This document shows, in pieces, positions 20,353 through 29,316 of a stretch of 64,000 nt of DNA. Both the position numbers and the translations under genes were made by a program. Every line of letters begins with the position of its first letter. The stretch's first letter is position 1. This DNA is from Terriglobia bacterium (GTDB lineage: Bacteria > Acidobacteriota > Terriglobia > 20CM-2-55-15), in the NCBI GenBank assembly GCA_963664115.2, contig CAXWPJ010000009.1, forward strand, positions 1,216,001 to 1,280,000, read 5' to 3'. The notes under the pieces are model-generated. The model was not told where the DNA came from. It was given only the letters and a program-made list of their open reading frames with translations, and did no database searches.

Positions 20353-21807
20353 ATGTTGAACAAGAGTTACCTTTGCGGCGCCGCGTTGCTCCTCATCGCG
20401 ATCGGCACACAGATCGCTTGGGCAGATGACGCCGGATTATTGCGTACTACCTACGCGCTCGACGAAGCCCGTGGTTATTGCCTCGATATCCGGGGTTTCG
20501 GCGAAAACGCGAGAGTCGACGAACCGTTGCAGGTACATACGTGCAAATATGGCGCGGAGCTCGGGGATCAGATCTTTGCACGCACCGACGGGACGCGCGC
20601 GATATCGCTGCCCGAATACGATCGCTGCCTGGCCGCCACGGCGCTCGAGCCCGGCGCCACGCTACACGCGAGCGAGTGCACCGACAGCGCCAGGCAGCAG
20701 TGGCGCTTCGAGTGGGGGCGGCTGAGCCCCGAATCGCGACCGGATCTGTGCGTGTCGCTTGCCGGCGGCGCCGGAGCGGTCGCGGGAACGCCCGTATTGA
20801 TCACGCCCGTGTATCACAGCAGGTCGGTGAGCTTGGAGCGCTGCGATGACGCGCACAAGGCCCTCCAGACATTGCGCTTCTCGCCGCCCGATGAACGAGG
20901 CTTAAGCACGGCCGATGTCGCGCGTGAAGGCCTGCCGGCCGATGTCGCGGAGCGCCTCGCGGCTTTCGGGCGCGTGTTCGATGGACGGATCGCGGGCGAG
21001 ACGGCTCAGATCGTAGCGCCCGTACCAACCCTCTACGAAGCGGCTGAGATCGAAGTCGTGGAAGGGCTCGCCTATGGCTCGCACGAGCGCCAGCAACTCG
21101 ACATTCACACGGCGACGGCGCGCAACTCGAACGATCCCGTGCCCGTCATTGTCGTCTTTCACGGCGGCGGCTTGATCGGCGGCAGCAAAGAATCGACGGC
21201 GGCCGCTGCGAACTATTTCGCAAGCTTAGGACTAGTCGGCGTCAAGTCGAACTATCGTCTCGCCGGAACTCATCCTTGGCCTGCCGGCGCGCAAGACATC
21301 GGCGCGGCCGTGACTTGGCTCAGCGAGCATGCCGATGAATACGGCGGCGATCCCGAGCAGATATTCGTCATGGGCATCTCGACGGGCTCCTTCCATTCGG
21401 CGACTTACGTGTTCAGGCCCGAGCTCATGCCGCCCGGCACGATCCGCGCGGCCGGCGCGATCCTCATGTCGGGCCCGTATACGTTCGATTTCGACAATCC
21501 GTCGCCCGGTGAGCGCGCGTATTTTGGCGAGAATGCGTCGGCGTATGCCGAGCGCGTCGTCCCAGGCAATGTCAGCAGCACCGATATTCCGGTGTTGTTT
21601 ACGACGGCGGAGTGGGATGCGCCGCGCTACACGCGCTCATTGGCCATTCTGTTGCACGAGCTCGTCGTTGAGCATGGCGTTATGCCGCGCTATGCGCAGA
21701 GCCTAGGACACAATCATACGTCACAGTTGCTCTCGCTCGGCACGGCCGAAAAGAGCGTTTCGACGGAAATCGTCGACTTCATCGGGCAGGTGACAAAAGG
21801 GGACTGA
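20353..21807 (+). CDS. Exported alpha/beta hydrolase (HGGG carboxylesterase type) with N-terminal ricin-B-lectin-like domain
   Basis: GYCLDI...QVHTC, RCLAA...C...QQW; HGGG, NYRL, GISTG nucleophile elbow, HNH. Confidence 0.8.
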   Translation: MLNKSYLCGAALLLIAIGTQIAWADDAGLLRTTYALDEARGYCLDIRGFGENARVDEPLQVHTCKYGAELGDQIFARTDGTRAISLPEYDRCLAATALEPGATLHASECTDSARQQWRFEWGRLSPESRPDLCVSLAGGAGAVAGTPVLITPVYHSRSVSLERCDDAHKALQTLRFSPPDERGLSTADVAREGLPADVAERLAAFGRVFDGRIAGETAQIVAPVPTLYEAAEIEVVEGLAYGSHERQQLDIHTATARNSNDPVPVIVVFHGGGLIGGSKESTAAAANYFASLGLVGVKSNYRLAGTHPWPAGAQDIGAAVTWLSEHADEYGGDPEQIFVMGISTGSFHSATYVFRPELMPPGTIRAAGAILMSGPYTFDFDNPSPGERAYFGENASAYAERVVPGNVSSTDIPVLFTTAEWDAPRYTRSLAILLHELVVEHGVMPRYAQSLGHNHTSQLLSLGTAEKSVSTEIVDFIGQVTKGD

Positions 21808-22118
21808 CGAGTCCCTTTTGCCGTTGGCGCTATGCGTAGTAGTACTGGCCCATATCACATTCGATGCCCCCATGAAGAAGGAATACTTGGCGAAGCTGCG
21901 TTCCTTTATTGAGTCATTAGAGACATCCCTCTCTGAATGACATGGGTGAACTCATCAAGTAGCGCGCAGACCCTCCAACCTCAGGACCAATCTAGCGGAC
22001 CATCACCCAGGATCGAGAACCTTAGGACTGGAGTGGTATAACTTGAAAACCGCCTCTTAGAAAAACGGCCCTTTTGTCCGAATTATTCTGACGACGTACA
22101 GGCTCGAACCCAACAAAG

Positions 22119-22165
22119 AAGCGGGTTCCGGCGTGCCCTCAAGCACTTCCGAAACCCGCTTTTTT
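22119..22165. terminator. Probable bidirectional intrinsic terminator at the island end
   Basis: aagcgggtt...aacccgctt stem with T-rich tails on both strands. Confidence 0.55.
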
Positions 22166-22167
22166 GC

Positions 22168-22207
22168 ATCCTAAATCCAGCGCGTCTGCCAGTTCCGCCA
22201 CTTTCGC
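22168..22207 (-). repeat. att site (right junction): displaced 5' half of tRNA-Leu
   Basis: 40-bp identity to 9793-9832; minus-strand TATACT -10 box at 22227-22232 upstream. Confidence 0.93.
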
Positions 22208-22294
22208 CCGAAATAATCGAAAGCTCAGTATACCTCAGGGCCTCCAGTCGATGGTTGGGTCGTGGAGGGCAGGTGCCGGGCTTCTTTCAGATGT

Positions 22295-24004
22295 TCAGTA
22301 GGGTGCCGTCGTGATAGACGTGCCGTGGCGATAGAATTCGGCATCGTAGACCGTAGGTCCTGTGTCGCCGTCCAGCATGACCTCGCGTAGCATCCGAATC
22401 GGAATCCCTCCCTGGCTCAGAAAGGCATCGTGGAAGCGCTTCAAGTCCACAGTCCTGTTTGCCTTCATCCAGTCGTCTCTCAACTTGTATAGCTGAAGTT
22501 TTCCGAAAGTGTAGCTGAGATAGGTGGGATCGTAGGTTCCACGGCGGGCCTCTTCGTAAGCGTTGGCCGGCTCCTGAAATCCCTTTGCTTCGAAAAACTG
22601 TGCGCCCTCCTCAAGAGTCATACCTTCGGTATGCAGCTTGATGCCGACAACCAAGCGGCAGTCACGCAAAAGCGCTTCCTGGAGCTGCGCCAAATGCAGA
22701 AAACGCGTGTCCCCACCGTAATGCGCCTCGATCATCATTTGCTCGGCGTAATGTGCCCAACCTTCCACATTCGTATTGCAGTCGAGAATCTTCCGGGTTC
22801 GGGTGGGGAACCGGGATGCGTTTAAGAACTGCACGTAGTGACCGGGATAGGCTTCGTGAATCGTGATGATTTCCATGACGGGGCGATTGAACAGCCGCAG
22901 GTGCTCCCCCTTGTGCGCCGCGTCCCAGTCCGGTTCCGGCGGCGTTACGTAGTAGTAAGCCTCGCAATGTCCCTGCTCGTACGGCCCCGGCGTGTCCATT
23001 GCCGCAAACACGCCAGACCGGAGGTATGGGGGAGTCTCCTTGATTAACGGGTGTGTGTCTCGGGGGAGGGTCACGATCTGATGCGCCTTGATGAACCGAA
23101 CGATATCGGCCAGGGTGTCGTTCGCGAAGCCGATGAGGTTCTGCTCGGCTGGGTAGTCGTCGGACATCGCCCGCATCACCTCCGATGGCGTCCGATTGGG
23201 GTTGATCGCCTCAGTGACTTGGACAAAATCCCTGTAGTCCCGTTCCAGGTTGGCTTCTCCAATTGCGAGCAAGTCGGCTAGAGGCAGGTCGACCATTTCT
23301 TCGTATCGCAACTTTCTGAGGAAGGCGTCCTCACCTATTGCATAATCCGTAGTGGAACGGGGCAGTAGTTCCTCAGCCAGCCACGTCGCCACGCTCTCGA
23401 TGGCATCTGACGCCGGCCTGTGAGCCGCCTTGAAATCCTCCAGCAGGCCTTTGTTTCCGCCCGCGGCCTCTGTGGCCCACGCGTCGAGCGTCTGTCCGAA
23501 GAAATCGGTCGAGCCCCGTGCCATGCGGATCGCCAAATCAGTGAAGGCCCGTGGCGATTCGGCGATGTTCGTCTTCATGGCGGCCACAGCCCGAGGTATT
23601 CCGTGCAGCCGTGATGTGAGGGACTGAAGCCGCTGGGGGGGCGCTATGAAGTCACGTTTGATCAGCCCATCGACGGTGCTGCCGAGGAGCCAGAGATATT
23701 CGATCGGACTCCGCCGCCAGTTTGCGATGGTTTCCAGGTCGAGTAATTCGGCCTGTATACGGCCAGCGATCACGTCTCCATCAATTCTGTCCGAAGTTGA
23801 AAGTGCGGTCCGTCCCAATCGTTCGATCCGTTCGCCCTGCTCCTTGAGTTGGTCGATACGCTTGAGGTGGGCCGGGGCCGATAGGTCGGGAAAATCACCG
23901 TCGCGATCGTGCAGTCCTTTGGATGTCGCCAGGGAAGGGTCGCGCTCGAACAGCGCGTCAAAGTATTCGTTCACGAAGGCCGTAAATTTGGAATTATCCG
24001 TCAT
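22295..24004 (-). CDS. DUF885-family protein (probable metallopeptidase)
   Basis: HEAYPGHY, EGWAHYAE, YLSYTFGK motifs. Confidence 0.88.
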   Translation of the reverse strand: MTDNSKFTAFVNEYFDALFERDPSLATSKGLHDRDGDFPDLSAPAHLKRIDQLKEQGERIERLGRTALSTSDRIDGDVIAGRIQAELLDLETIANWRRSPIEYLWLLGSTVDGLIKRDFIAPPQRLQSLTSRLHGIPRAVAAMKTNIAESPRAFTDLAIRMARGSTDFFGQTLDAWATEAAGGNKGLLEDFKAAHRPASDAIESVATWLAEELLPRSTTDYAIGEDAFLRKLRYEEMVDLPLADLLAIGEANLERDYRDFVQVTEAINPNRTPSEVMRAMSDDYPAEQNLIGFANDTLADIVRFIKAHQIVTLPRDTHPLIKETPPYLRSGVFAAMDTPGPYEQGHCEAYYYVTPPEPDWDAAHKGEHLRLFNRPVMEIITIHEAYPGHYVQFLNASRFPTRTRKILDCNTNVEGWAHYAEQMMIEAHYGGDTRFLHLAQLQEALLRDCRLVVGIKLHTEGMTLEEGAQFFEAKGFQEPANAYEEARRGTYDPTYLSYTFGKLQLYKLRDDWMKANRTVDLKRFHDAFLSQGGIPIRMLREVMLDGDTGPTVYDAEFYRHGTSITTAPY

Positions 24005-24104
24005 ACGTTAGTCCCGACCGGCATTATGGCATGGTCCGACAATCGTGCTTTTTGGTTGCCCGTGGAGACCGTCTTGATACAATTCGCGCGAGGAGCCTTT
24101 CAGC

Positions 24105-24479
24105 ATGAATCCAGCACCACCGGAAGTGCGACGCACGCTCGCGCGACTTCGCGTGGAGATCCTGACTTACCTGGATCGCGCCGAAAGCGAGACGGACTTC
24201 TGCGGCCGCTGCCAGCTGCCACTTCCCTCAGGAGACTTCGAAGAATACGAGTTCTGTCCTTGGTGTGACCAGTCGTTCAACGGTGACGCGCCGCGTCTGG
24301 ACGAATCGTGCCGAATCATCGAGCACCACTGGATCGTTCAGGAAGAGATCCAGTGCGGAGAGTGTGGCGGGGAATATGAACAGCCGAGTCGTTATCCGTT
24401 CTGTTTCTGTCCTCATTGCGGTGCACAATTCGCCTTTGAACACGAAGCAATTTTGGAATTGCCATTTCTGGTTCGATGA
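24105..24479 (+). CDS. Small double zinc-ribbon protein
   Basis: Four CxxC pairs (CGRC, CPWC, CGEC, CPHC); GGAG RBS. Confidence 0.7.
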   Translation: MNPAPPEVRRTLARLRVEILTYLDRAESETDFCGRCQLPLPSGDFEEYEFCPWCDQSFNGDAPRLDESCRIIEHHWIVQEEIQCGECGGEYEQPSRYPFCFCPHCGAQFAFEHEAILELPFLVR

Positions 24480-24530
24480 CACGGTTCTTCCTGGATTGAC
24501 GACGTAAGACGCTATGCTAGATTTTCTGCA

Positions 24531-26195
24531 ATGAAGCTATGCTCATTCCATAAACCGATAAGCGTCGGCGTTCTCCTTGTCGGTCTCGTGTGCGGACTGC
24601 TCCAGTCCTATCAACTACAAGCGAGTCAGGAAGTTCGCCCCCGACCCAAGTTGATCCTGGTGCTTGCGATCGATCAAATGCGCTTCGACTACTTGACCCG
24701 TTTTGACGATCTCTACGAAGGTGGATTGCGGACACTGATTGACGACGGAGCGGTTTTCACGAATGCGCGCTACCGTCACGCAGCAACGGAAACGGGTCCA
24801 GGCCATTCTGTGATCCTTTCGGGTCGTCATCCCAGCAGTTCCGGCATCGTCGGAAATGTTTGGTACGATCTGCTCTTGGGACGTTCGGTCAATGTCATCG
24901 CTGACCCATTCCAACGCCCGCTTGGAGGAGAAGGCTCACAGGCGTCTCCGGTCAACCTGGTGGGTTTTACTGTAGGCGATACCTTAAAGCAGTCCAGCCC
25001 CGAATCCAAGATCGTCGGTGTGTCTCTCAAAGATCGATCTGCGATCTTGATGGCTGGCCGCCTGGGTGACGCAGCCTACTGGTATGAGACCTTTGGCGGC
25101 AACTTCATTACAAGCACCTACTACATGGATGAGGCTCCGCCGTGGCTGGATGCGTGGAACGGGCGGCACGTGGCGGATGGGTACGCTGGACGGCAGTGGA
25201 CCCGTTCGATCGACGACGCGTCGATCTATGAACGCTATGCCGGCCCTGATGCTGTCGAAGGCGAGTGGGATCGAACAGATATTGTCTTCCCCCACCAGAT
25301 CCGCGGAAATCCGCCCGAGCGTGGGTTCTATGACGATCTGAGACGGACGCCGTTTGCCGACGAGATGACGTTAGAGGTGGCCTTGGAGGCTATAACGGCT
25401 CATGAGTTGGGAACCGACGAGATTACCGATATTCTGGCGATCGGTTTCTCCGGTACTGACATCGTGGGGCACACCTATGGGGCGCAAAGTCAGGAAGTGA
25501 TGGACCAGATGCTTCGACTGGACCGCGTCCTTAAGGAACTGTTTGACGAGATTGATGAGAGCGTCGGGTTGGGAGAGACTTTGGTCGTGCTCACTGCCGA
25601 TCATGGATCTCTTCCCCTGGTCGAGACCCTGCAGACCAGTGGAATAGACGCTCGCCGCGTCGATCCCAATGTCCTTCGAAATGCGGTGGAAAGAGGACTT
25701 CAAGATCGATTTACGGACTCATCGAACTTTGTTGCCAGCGCTGGATCGCGCAGTATCTATCTGGATGTAGCCGCCATCGAGCGTCAGGGTGCACGGCGGT
25801 CCGATGTTGAACAGGTCATCATCGAAGCACTCACCTCGACAGGGATCGTTGGTGCCGTCTACACTCAGGATCAACTGATCAGTGATCAGCCGTCGGAAGA
25901 CCCCTACATCGGACTGTACCGCAATTCGTTTTTTTCTTCGCGAAGTCCACACCTTACGGTTCGGATTAACCCTTACATCTACCTGAGCAGCGAGTTCGCC
26001 GGAGGTACGGGTCACGGCACTCCATACGATTACGATCGCCACATTCCCATCGTCCTGATGGGCCCAGGCATCCAAGCCGGTACCTTCCCGCTCGATAGCG
26101 GTCCAGAGGACATCGCGCCAACTCTTGCCGAGATACTGGGCCTGGACTACCCCAAAGAACCGGATGCCCGTATCTTGAGCGAAGCCTTTCAATAA
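24531..26195 (+). CDS. Alkaline phosphatase-superfamily enzyme (PafA-like)
   Basis: IDQMRFDYL, TETGPGH, SLKDRSAI, DIVGHTYG, TADHG, TGHGTPYDYD. Confidence 0.9.
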   Translation: MKLCSFHKPISVGVLLVGLVCGLLQSYQLQASQEVRPRPKLILVLAIDQMRFDYLTRFDDLYEGGLRTLIDDGAVFTNARYRHAATETGPGHSVILSGRHPSSSGIVGNVWYDLLLGRSVNVIADPFQRPLGGEGSQASPVNLVGFTVGDTLKQSSPESKIVGVSLKDRSAILMAGRLGDAAYWYETFGGNFITSTYYMDEAPPWLDAWNGRHVADGYAGRQWTRSIDDASIYERYAGPDAVEGEWDRTDIVFPHQIRGNPPERGFYDDLRRTPFADEMTLEVALEAITAHELGTDEITDILAIGFSGTDIVGHTYGAQSQEVMDQMLRLDRVLKELFDEIDESVGLGETLVVLTADHGSLPLVETLQTSGIDARRVDPNVLRNAVERGLQDRFTDSSNFVASAGSRSIYLDVAAIERQGARRSDVEQVIIEALTSTGIVGAVYTQDQLISDQPSEDPYIGLYRNSFFSSRSPHLTVRINPYIYLSSEFAGGTGHGTPYDYDRHIPIVLMGPGIQAGTFPLDSGPEDIAPTLAEILGLDYPKEPDARILSEAFQ

Positions 26196-26340
26196 GAGTT
26201 GGATTTCAGACACAAAGGCTCAGAGAAACACACACGGATTGATACGCCTGTACGCTTCTGAGGACCCGAAGACACCTGTCTCCCCCCCTGCACCTCGGTG
26301 CCTCTGCGCTCAATAACTCTCTGTGTGATAATTTCACGCA

Positions 26341-28278
26341 ATGCCCGACACCAAGCCCTACGGTTCCTGGACGTCTTCAATCACTGCCGAGCTGATCACG
26401 GCCAATGAGATCGTTCTGGCCAGACCGCTGTTTTCAGGTGGTTTTCTGAATTGGCTTGAAGGCAGACCGTTGGAAGGTGGTCGTAACGTAGTCGTCCGGC
26501 GCGACCCAACGGGCGTCGTCACCGACGTGACTCCGGATCCGTTTAGCGCACGCTCGCGCGTTCACGAATACGGTGGTGGCACATGGATAGCCGATGGTGA
26601 GCGAGTCTTCTTTACCGAGGATTCAAGCCAGCGACTCTATCGTGTGACAGGAAAAGAGGTCCCGACCCCGATTACGCCGGAGCCTCCCTCTCCCGGTTCC
26701 ATCCGTTATGCGGACCTCTCCATGACTCCCGACGGCGACTCCGTGGTTGTCGTTCGTGAGGTTCACGACAACGATCACGAAGTCGTCAACGACCTGGTCA
26801 TTGTTGCTGCCGATGGTTCGCTTGGACCGAGAAGTTTAACCGCAGGCCGCGACTTCTATTCGTTCCCCCGTGTTAGCCCGAACGGGAAGCGATTCCTCTG
26901 GACGTCCTGGGATCACCCGCAGATGCCGTGGGACGGGACCGACCTCTGGGTTGCGGGCCTCACTCCCGACGGCCTGTCTGTCGCGCAGCATGTTGCCGGA
27001 GGTGTAAAAGAGTCGATCTTTCAGCCTGTCTGGGGTGACGACGATACGATCTACTTCATCTCTGACCGAAGCGGTTGGTGGAATCTGTATGCATTTCACG
27101 GTGGCGAGACACGCGCCCTTGTTCCGATGGAAGCTGAGTTCGGTGAGCCGCAGTGGGTGTTCGGGCTGTCGCGCTACGCTTTGATTGAAGGGGGTCGGCT
27201 CGCATGTGTATATACCCAGGGCGGAACCGATCATCTGGCCGTTGTCGACACCAAACGGAATAGCCTGGAGGATTGGCCGCTACCGTATACCGCAATTACA
27301 GGGGTGGCCAGCGACGGGATTAAACGCGTCGCGATCATCGGGTCATCACCTTCTGTGCCCTCCGAGTTGGTGCTGCTTGAAGTCGGGTCCTCAGATCGGA
27401 CCGTCATTAGGAAGAGCCTCGATGTTGAACTCGACCCGAGAGACCTGTCTCATCCACAACACATCGAGTTCCCTTCATCCGGAGGGCGCAGGGCGTACGC
27501 GTTCTATTATCCGCCGACCAACAAAACGACCTCCGGGATTTCCGGCGAGAAACCCCCGTTGATAGTGACGAGCCACGGCGGTCCGACAACTCACGCCACG
27601 TCCGGCCTCAAGCTTAAGACTCAGTTCTGGACGAGTCGGGGATTCGCGGTCGTGGACGTCAACTACGGCGGCAGCACAGGATACGGACGGGAGTACAGAA
27701 ACCTTCTTCTGGGTCGTTGGGGGATCGTGGATCTTGAAGACTGTGTGGCAGTCGCCCGTCATCTGGCAGGGAAGGGATATGTCGATGGCGAGAGGATGGC
27801 TATCAGGGGCGGGAGCGCCAGTGGATTTACGACGCTGTCTGCTCTCGTGTTTCATGATCTGTTCCGAGCCGGCGCGTCGTACTACGGCGTCGCAGATCTG
27901 GAGGCCCTGGCTCGGGATACGCACAAGTTTGAATCCCGCTACCTGGACAATTTGATCGGCCCATATCCGGAACGCGCTGATTTGTATCGGAAGCGATCAC
28001 CTCTTCGGAAGGCAGAAAGTTTGTCGGCTCCGATCATATTCTTTCAGGGACTTCTGGATGCCGTAGTGCCGCCATCTCAAGCCGAGGAAATGATAGCCGC
28101 TCTCAGGAGAAATGCGCTTCCGTTCGCGTATGTGACTTTTGCCGAGGAACGGCACGGTTTCAGGCAAGCGGCCTCGATCCGTCGTTCGCTGGAAGCCGAG
28201 CTCTACTTTTATTCACGTGTGTTCGGTTTCGAGGCGGCAGATACTGTGGATCCGGTTGAGATAGAGAACTTCAATTGA
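26341..28278 (+). CDS. S9-family (prolyl oligopeptidase/acylaminoacyl) peptidase
   Basis: PYGSWTS, SRVHEYGGG, HGGPT, VNYGGSTGYGR, GGSASG, ERHGFR. Confidence 0.92.
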   Translation: MPDTKPYGSWTSSITAELITANEIVLARPLFSGGFLNWLEGRPLEGGRNVVVRRDPTGVVTDVTPDPFSARSRVHEYGGGTWIADGERVFFTEDSSQRLYRVTGKEVPTPITPEPPSPGSIRYADLSMTPDGDSVVVVREVHDNDHEVVNDLVIVAADGSLGPRSLTAGRDFYSFPRVSPNGKRFLWTSWDHPQMPWDGTDLWVAGLTPDGLSVAQHVAGGVKESIFQPVWGDDDTIYFISDRSGWWNLYAFHGGETRALVPMEAEFGEPQWVFGLSRYALIEGGRLACVYTQGGTDHLAVVDTKRNSLEDWPLPYTAITGVASDGIKRVAIIGSSPSVPSELVLLEVGSSDRTVIRKSLDVELDPRDLSHPQHIEFPSSGGRRAYAFYYPPTNKTTSGISGEKPPLIVTSHGGPTTHATSGLKLKTQFWTSRGFAVVDVNYGGSTGYGREYRNLLLGRWGIVDLEDCVAVARHLAGKGYVDGERMAIRGGSASGFTTLSALVFHDLFRAGASYYGVADLEALARDTHKFESRYLDNLIGPYPERADLYRKRSPLRKAESLSAPIIFFQGLLDAVVPPSQAEEMIAALRRNALPFAYVTFAEERHGFRQAASIRRSLEAELYFYSRVFGFEAADTVDPVEIENFN

Positions 28279-29198
28279 CAATGCGTTGGATTTCAATCGT
28301 CTGCATTCTCTACGCGACGGCCTTAGAGGCCCAGAATGGTGTGGGTTTGTGTAGGGAATGGGGCGAGGCCCGTGAAGTCGGTCAGTTGGACTCCGCAATC
28401 ATCCCCGAGGCAAGTGGAATGGAGTTTTCCTCGGATTTTCGGGACCGGCTGTACCATGTGGACGATTCTTCGACGCGTATCCATGTGACTGACGCTCAAG
28501 GCAACCTCCTCCAATCGGTATCGATCGAGGGAACCGGCGGAACCGACGTCGAAGATCTGGCGCTGGGTCCCTGCGGGGAAGCAACATGTCTGTTCATCGC
28601 GGACATCGGAGACAATTCCCGTCAGCGAGACAGCATTGAAGTGATTGTTGTCGAAGAAGTCGAGGAATTTTCTCAACAAGTATTGCCCCGACATAGGATT
28701 CGCCTGCGATACCCTGACGGTCCAATAGATGCCGAGGCGCTGGCGGTGCGTCCCAACGGTGATATCTTTTTGATGGCACGTCGGCTTTTCCCCGATACTT
28801 CAGAAACCCATGCCGAACTATTCCGACTGCCTGCCGCGGCTTGGGTCGGCGAAGCAAATTCCAGCCCGACCCTTGAGCCCGTATCTTCGATTGATTTCCG
28901 GGAACTCTCCCCGACACTACCCGGTCAACTTGTTACGGCAATGGATTTTTCTGAGGACGGGGAACGACTGCTCGTTCTGACCTACGTTGACGCGTTCGAG
29001 TTCCAAATCGGACCGGCTGAAATGTTCGAGTTGAATCCTCCGTTGAATGAAGGGCAAGACTTTCTTCGAATTCGGCTCACACCATTGCGGCAGCAGGAAT
29101 CGGTAGCCTATGTAATCGGATCTCCGGCAGTAATTTATGGGAGCGAAGCGGGCGGCGGGCGATCGCCTATCATGCGCGTCGAATGCCGGACTCGGTAA
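28275..29198 (+). CDS. Exported hypothetical protein (beta-propeller-like)
   Basis: Signal peptide; EASG, DVEDLA, ADIGDN, YPDGPIDAEAL, QQESV motifs. Confidence 0.75.
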   Translation: MTMRWISIVCILYATALEAQNGVGLCREWGEAREVGQLDSAIIPEASGMEFSSDFRDRLYHVDDSSTRIHVTDAQGNLLQSVSIEGTGGTDVEDLALGPCGEATCLFIADIGDNSRQRDSIEVIVVEEVEEFSQQVLPRHRIRLRYPDGPIDAEALAVRPNGDIFLMARRLFPDTSETHAELFRLPAAAWVGEANSSPTLEPVSSIDFRELSPTLPGQLVTAMDFSEDGERLLVLTYVDAFEFQIGPAEMFELNPPLNEGQDFLRIRLTPLRQQESVAYVIGSPAVIYGSEAGGGRSPIMRVECRTR

Positions 29199-29316
29199 AA
29201 GTCCTAGGACAGGAAATCTGAGAGAACCTTTGATCGGGCGTTGCCGTGGTGATAGGTTTCTAGCGATCTTCGCGGGGAGGCCAGACAAAACTCATATCCA
29301 AAAAATATGAGTCACG

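Larger units (their letters stand above)
9833..22167. mobile_element. Genomic island (~12.3 kb) integrated in tRNA-Leu(TAG)
   Basis: Flanked by a 40-bp tRNA-derived direct repeat; tyrosine integrase next to the tRNA; mosaic accessory cargo. Confidence 0.9.

Noticed and set aside
26205-26330. Intergenic cacaaagg/ctctgtg-type short repeats (also 1262-1381)
   Set aside because: Look like ordinary degenerate REP-type repeats; unrelated to the palindromic site.
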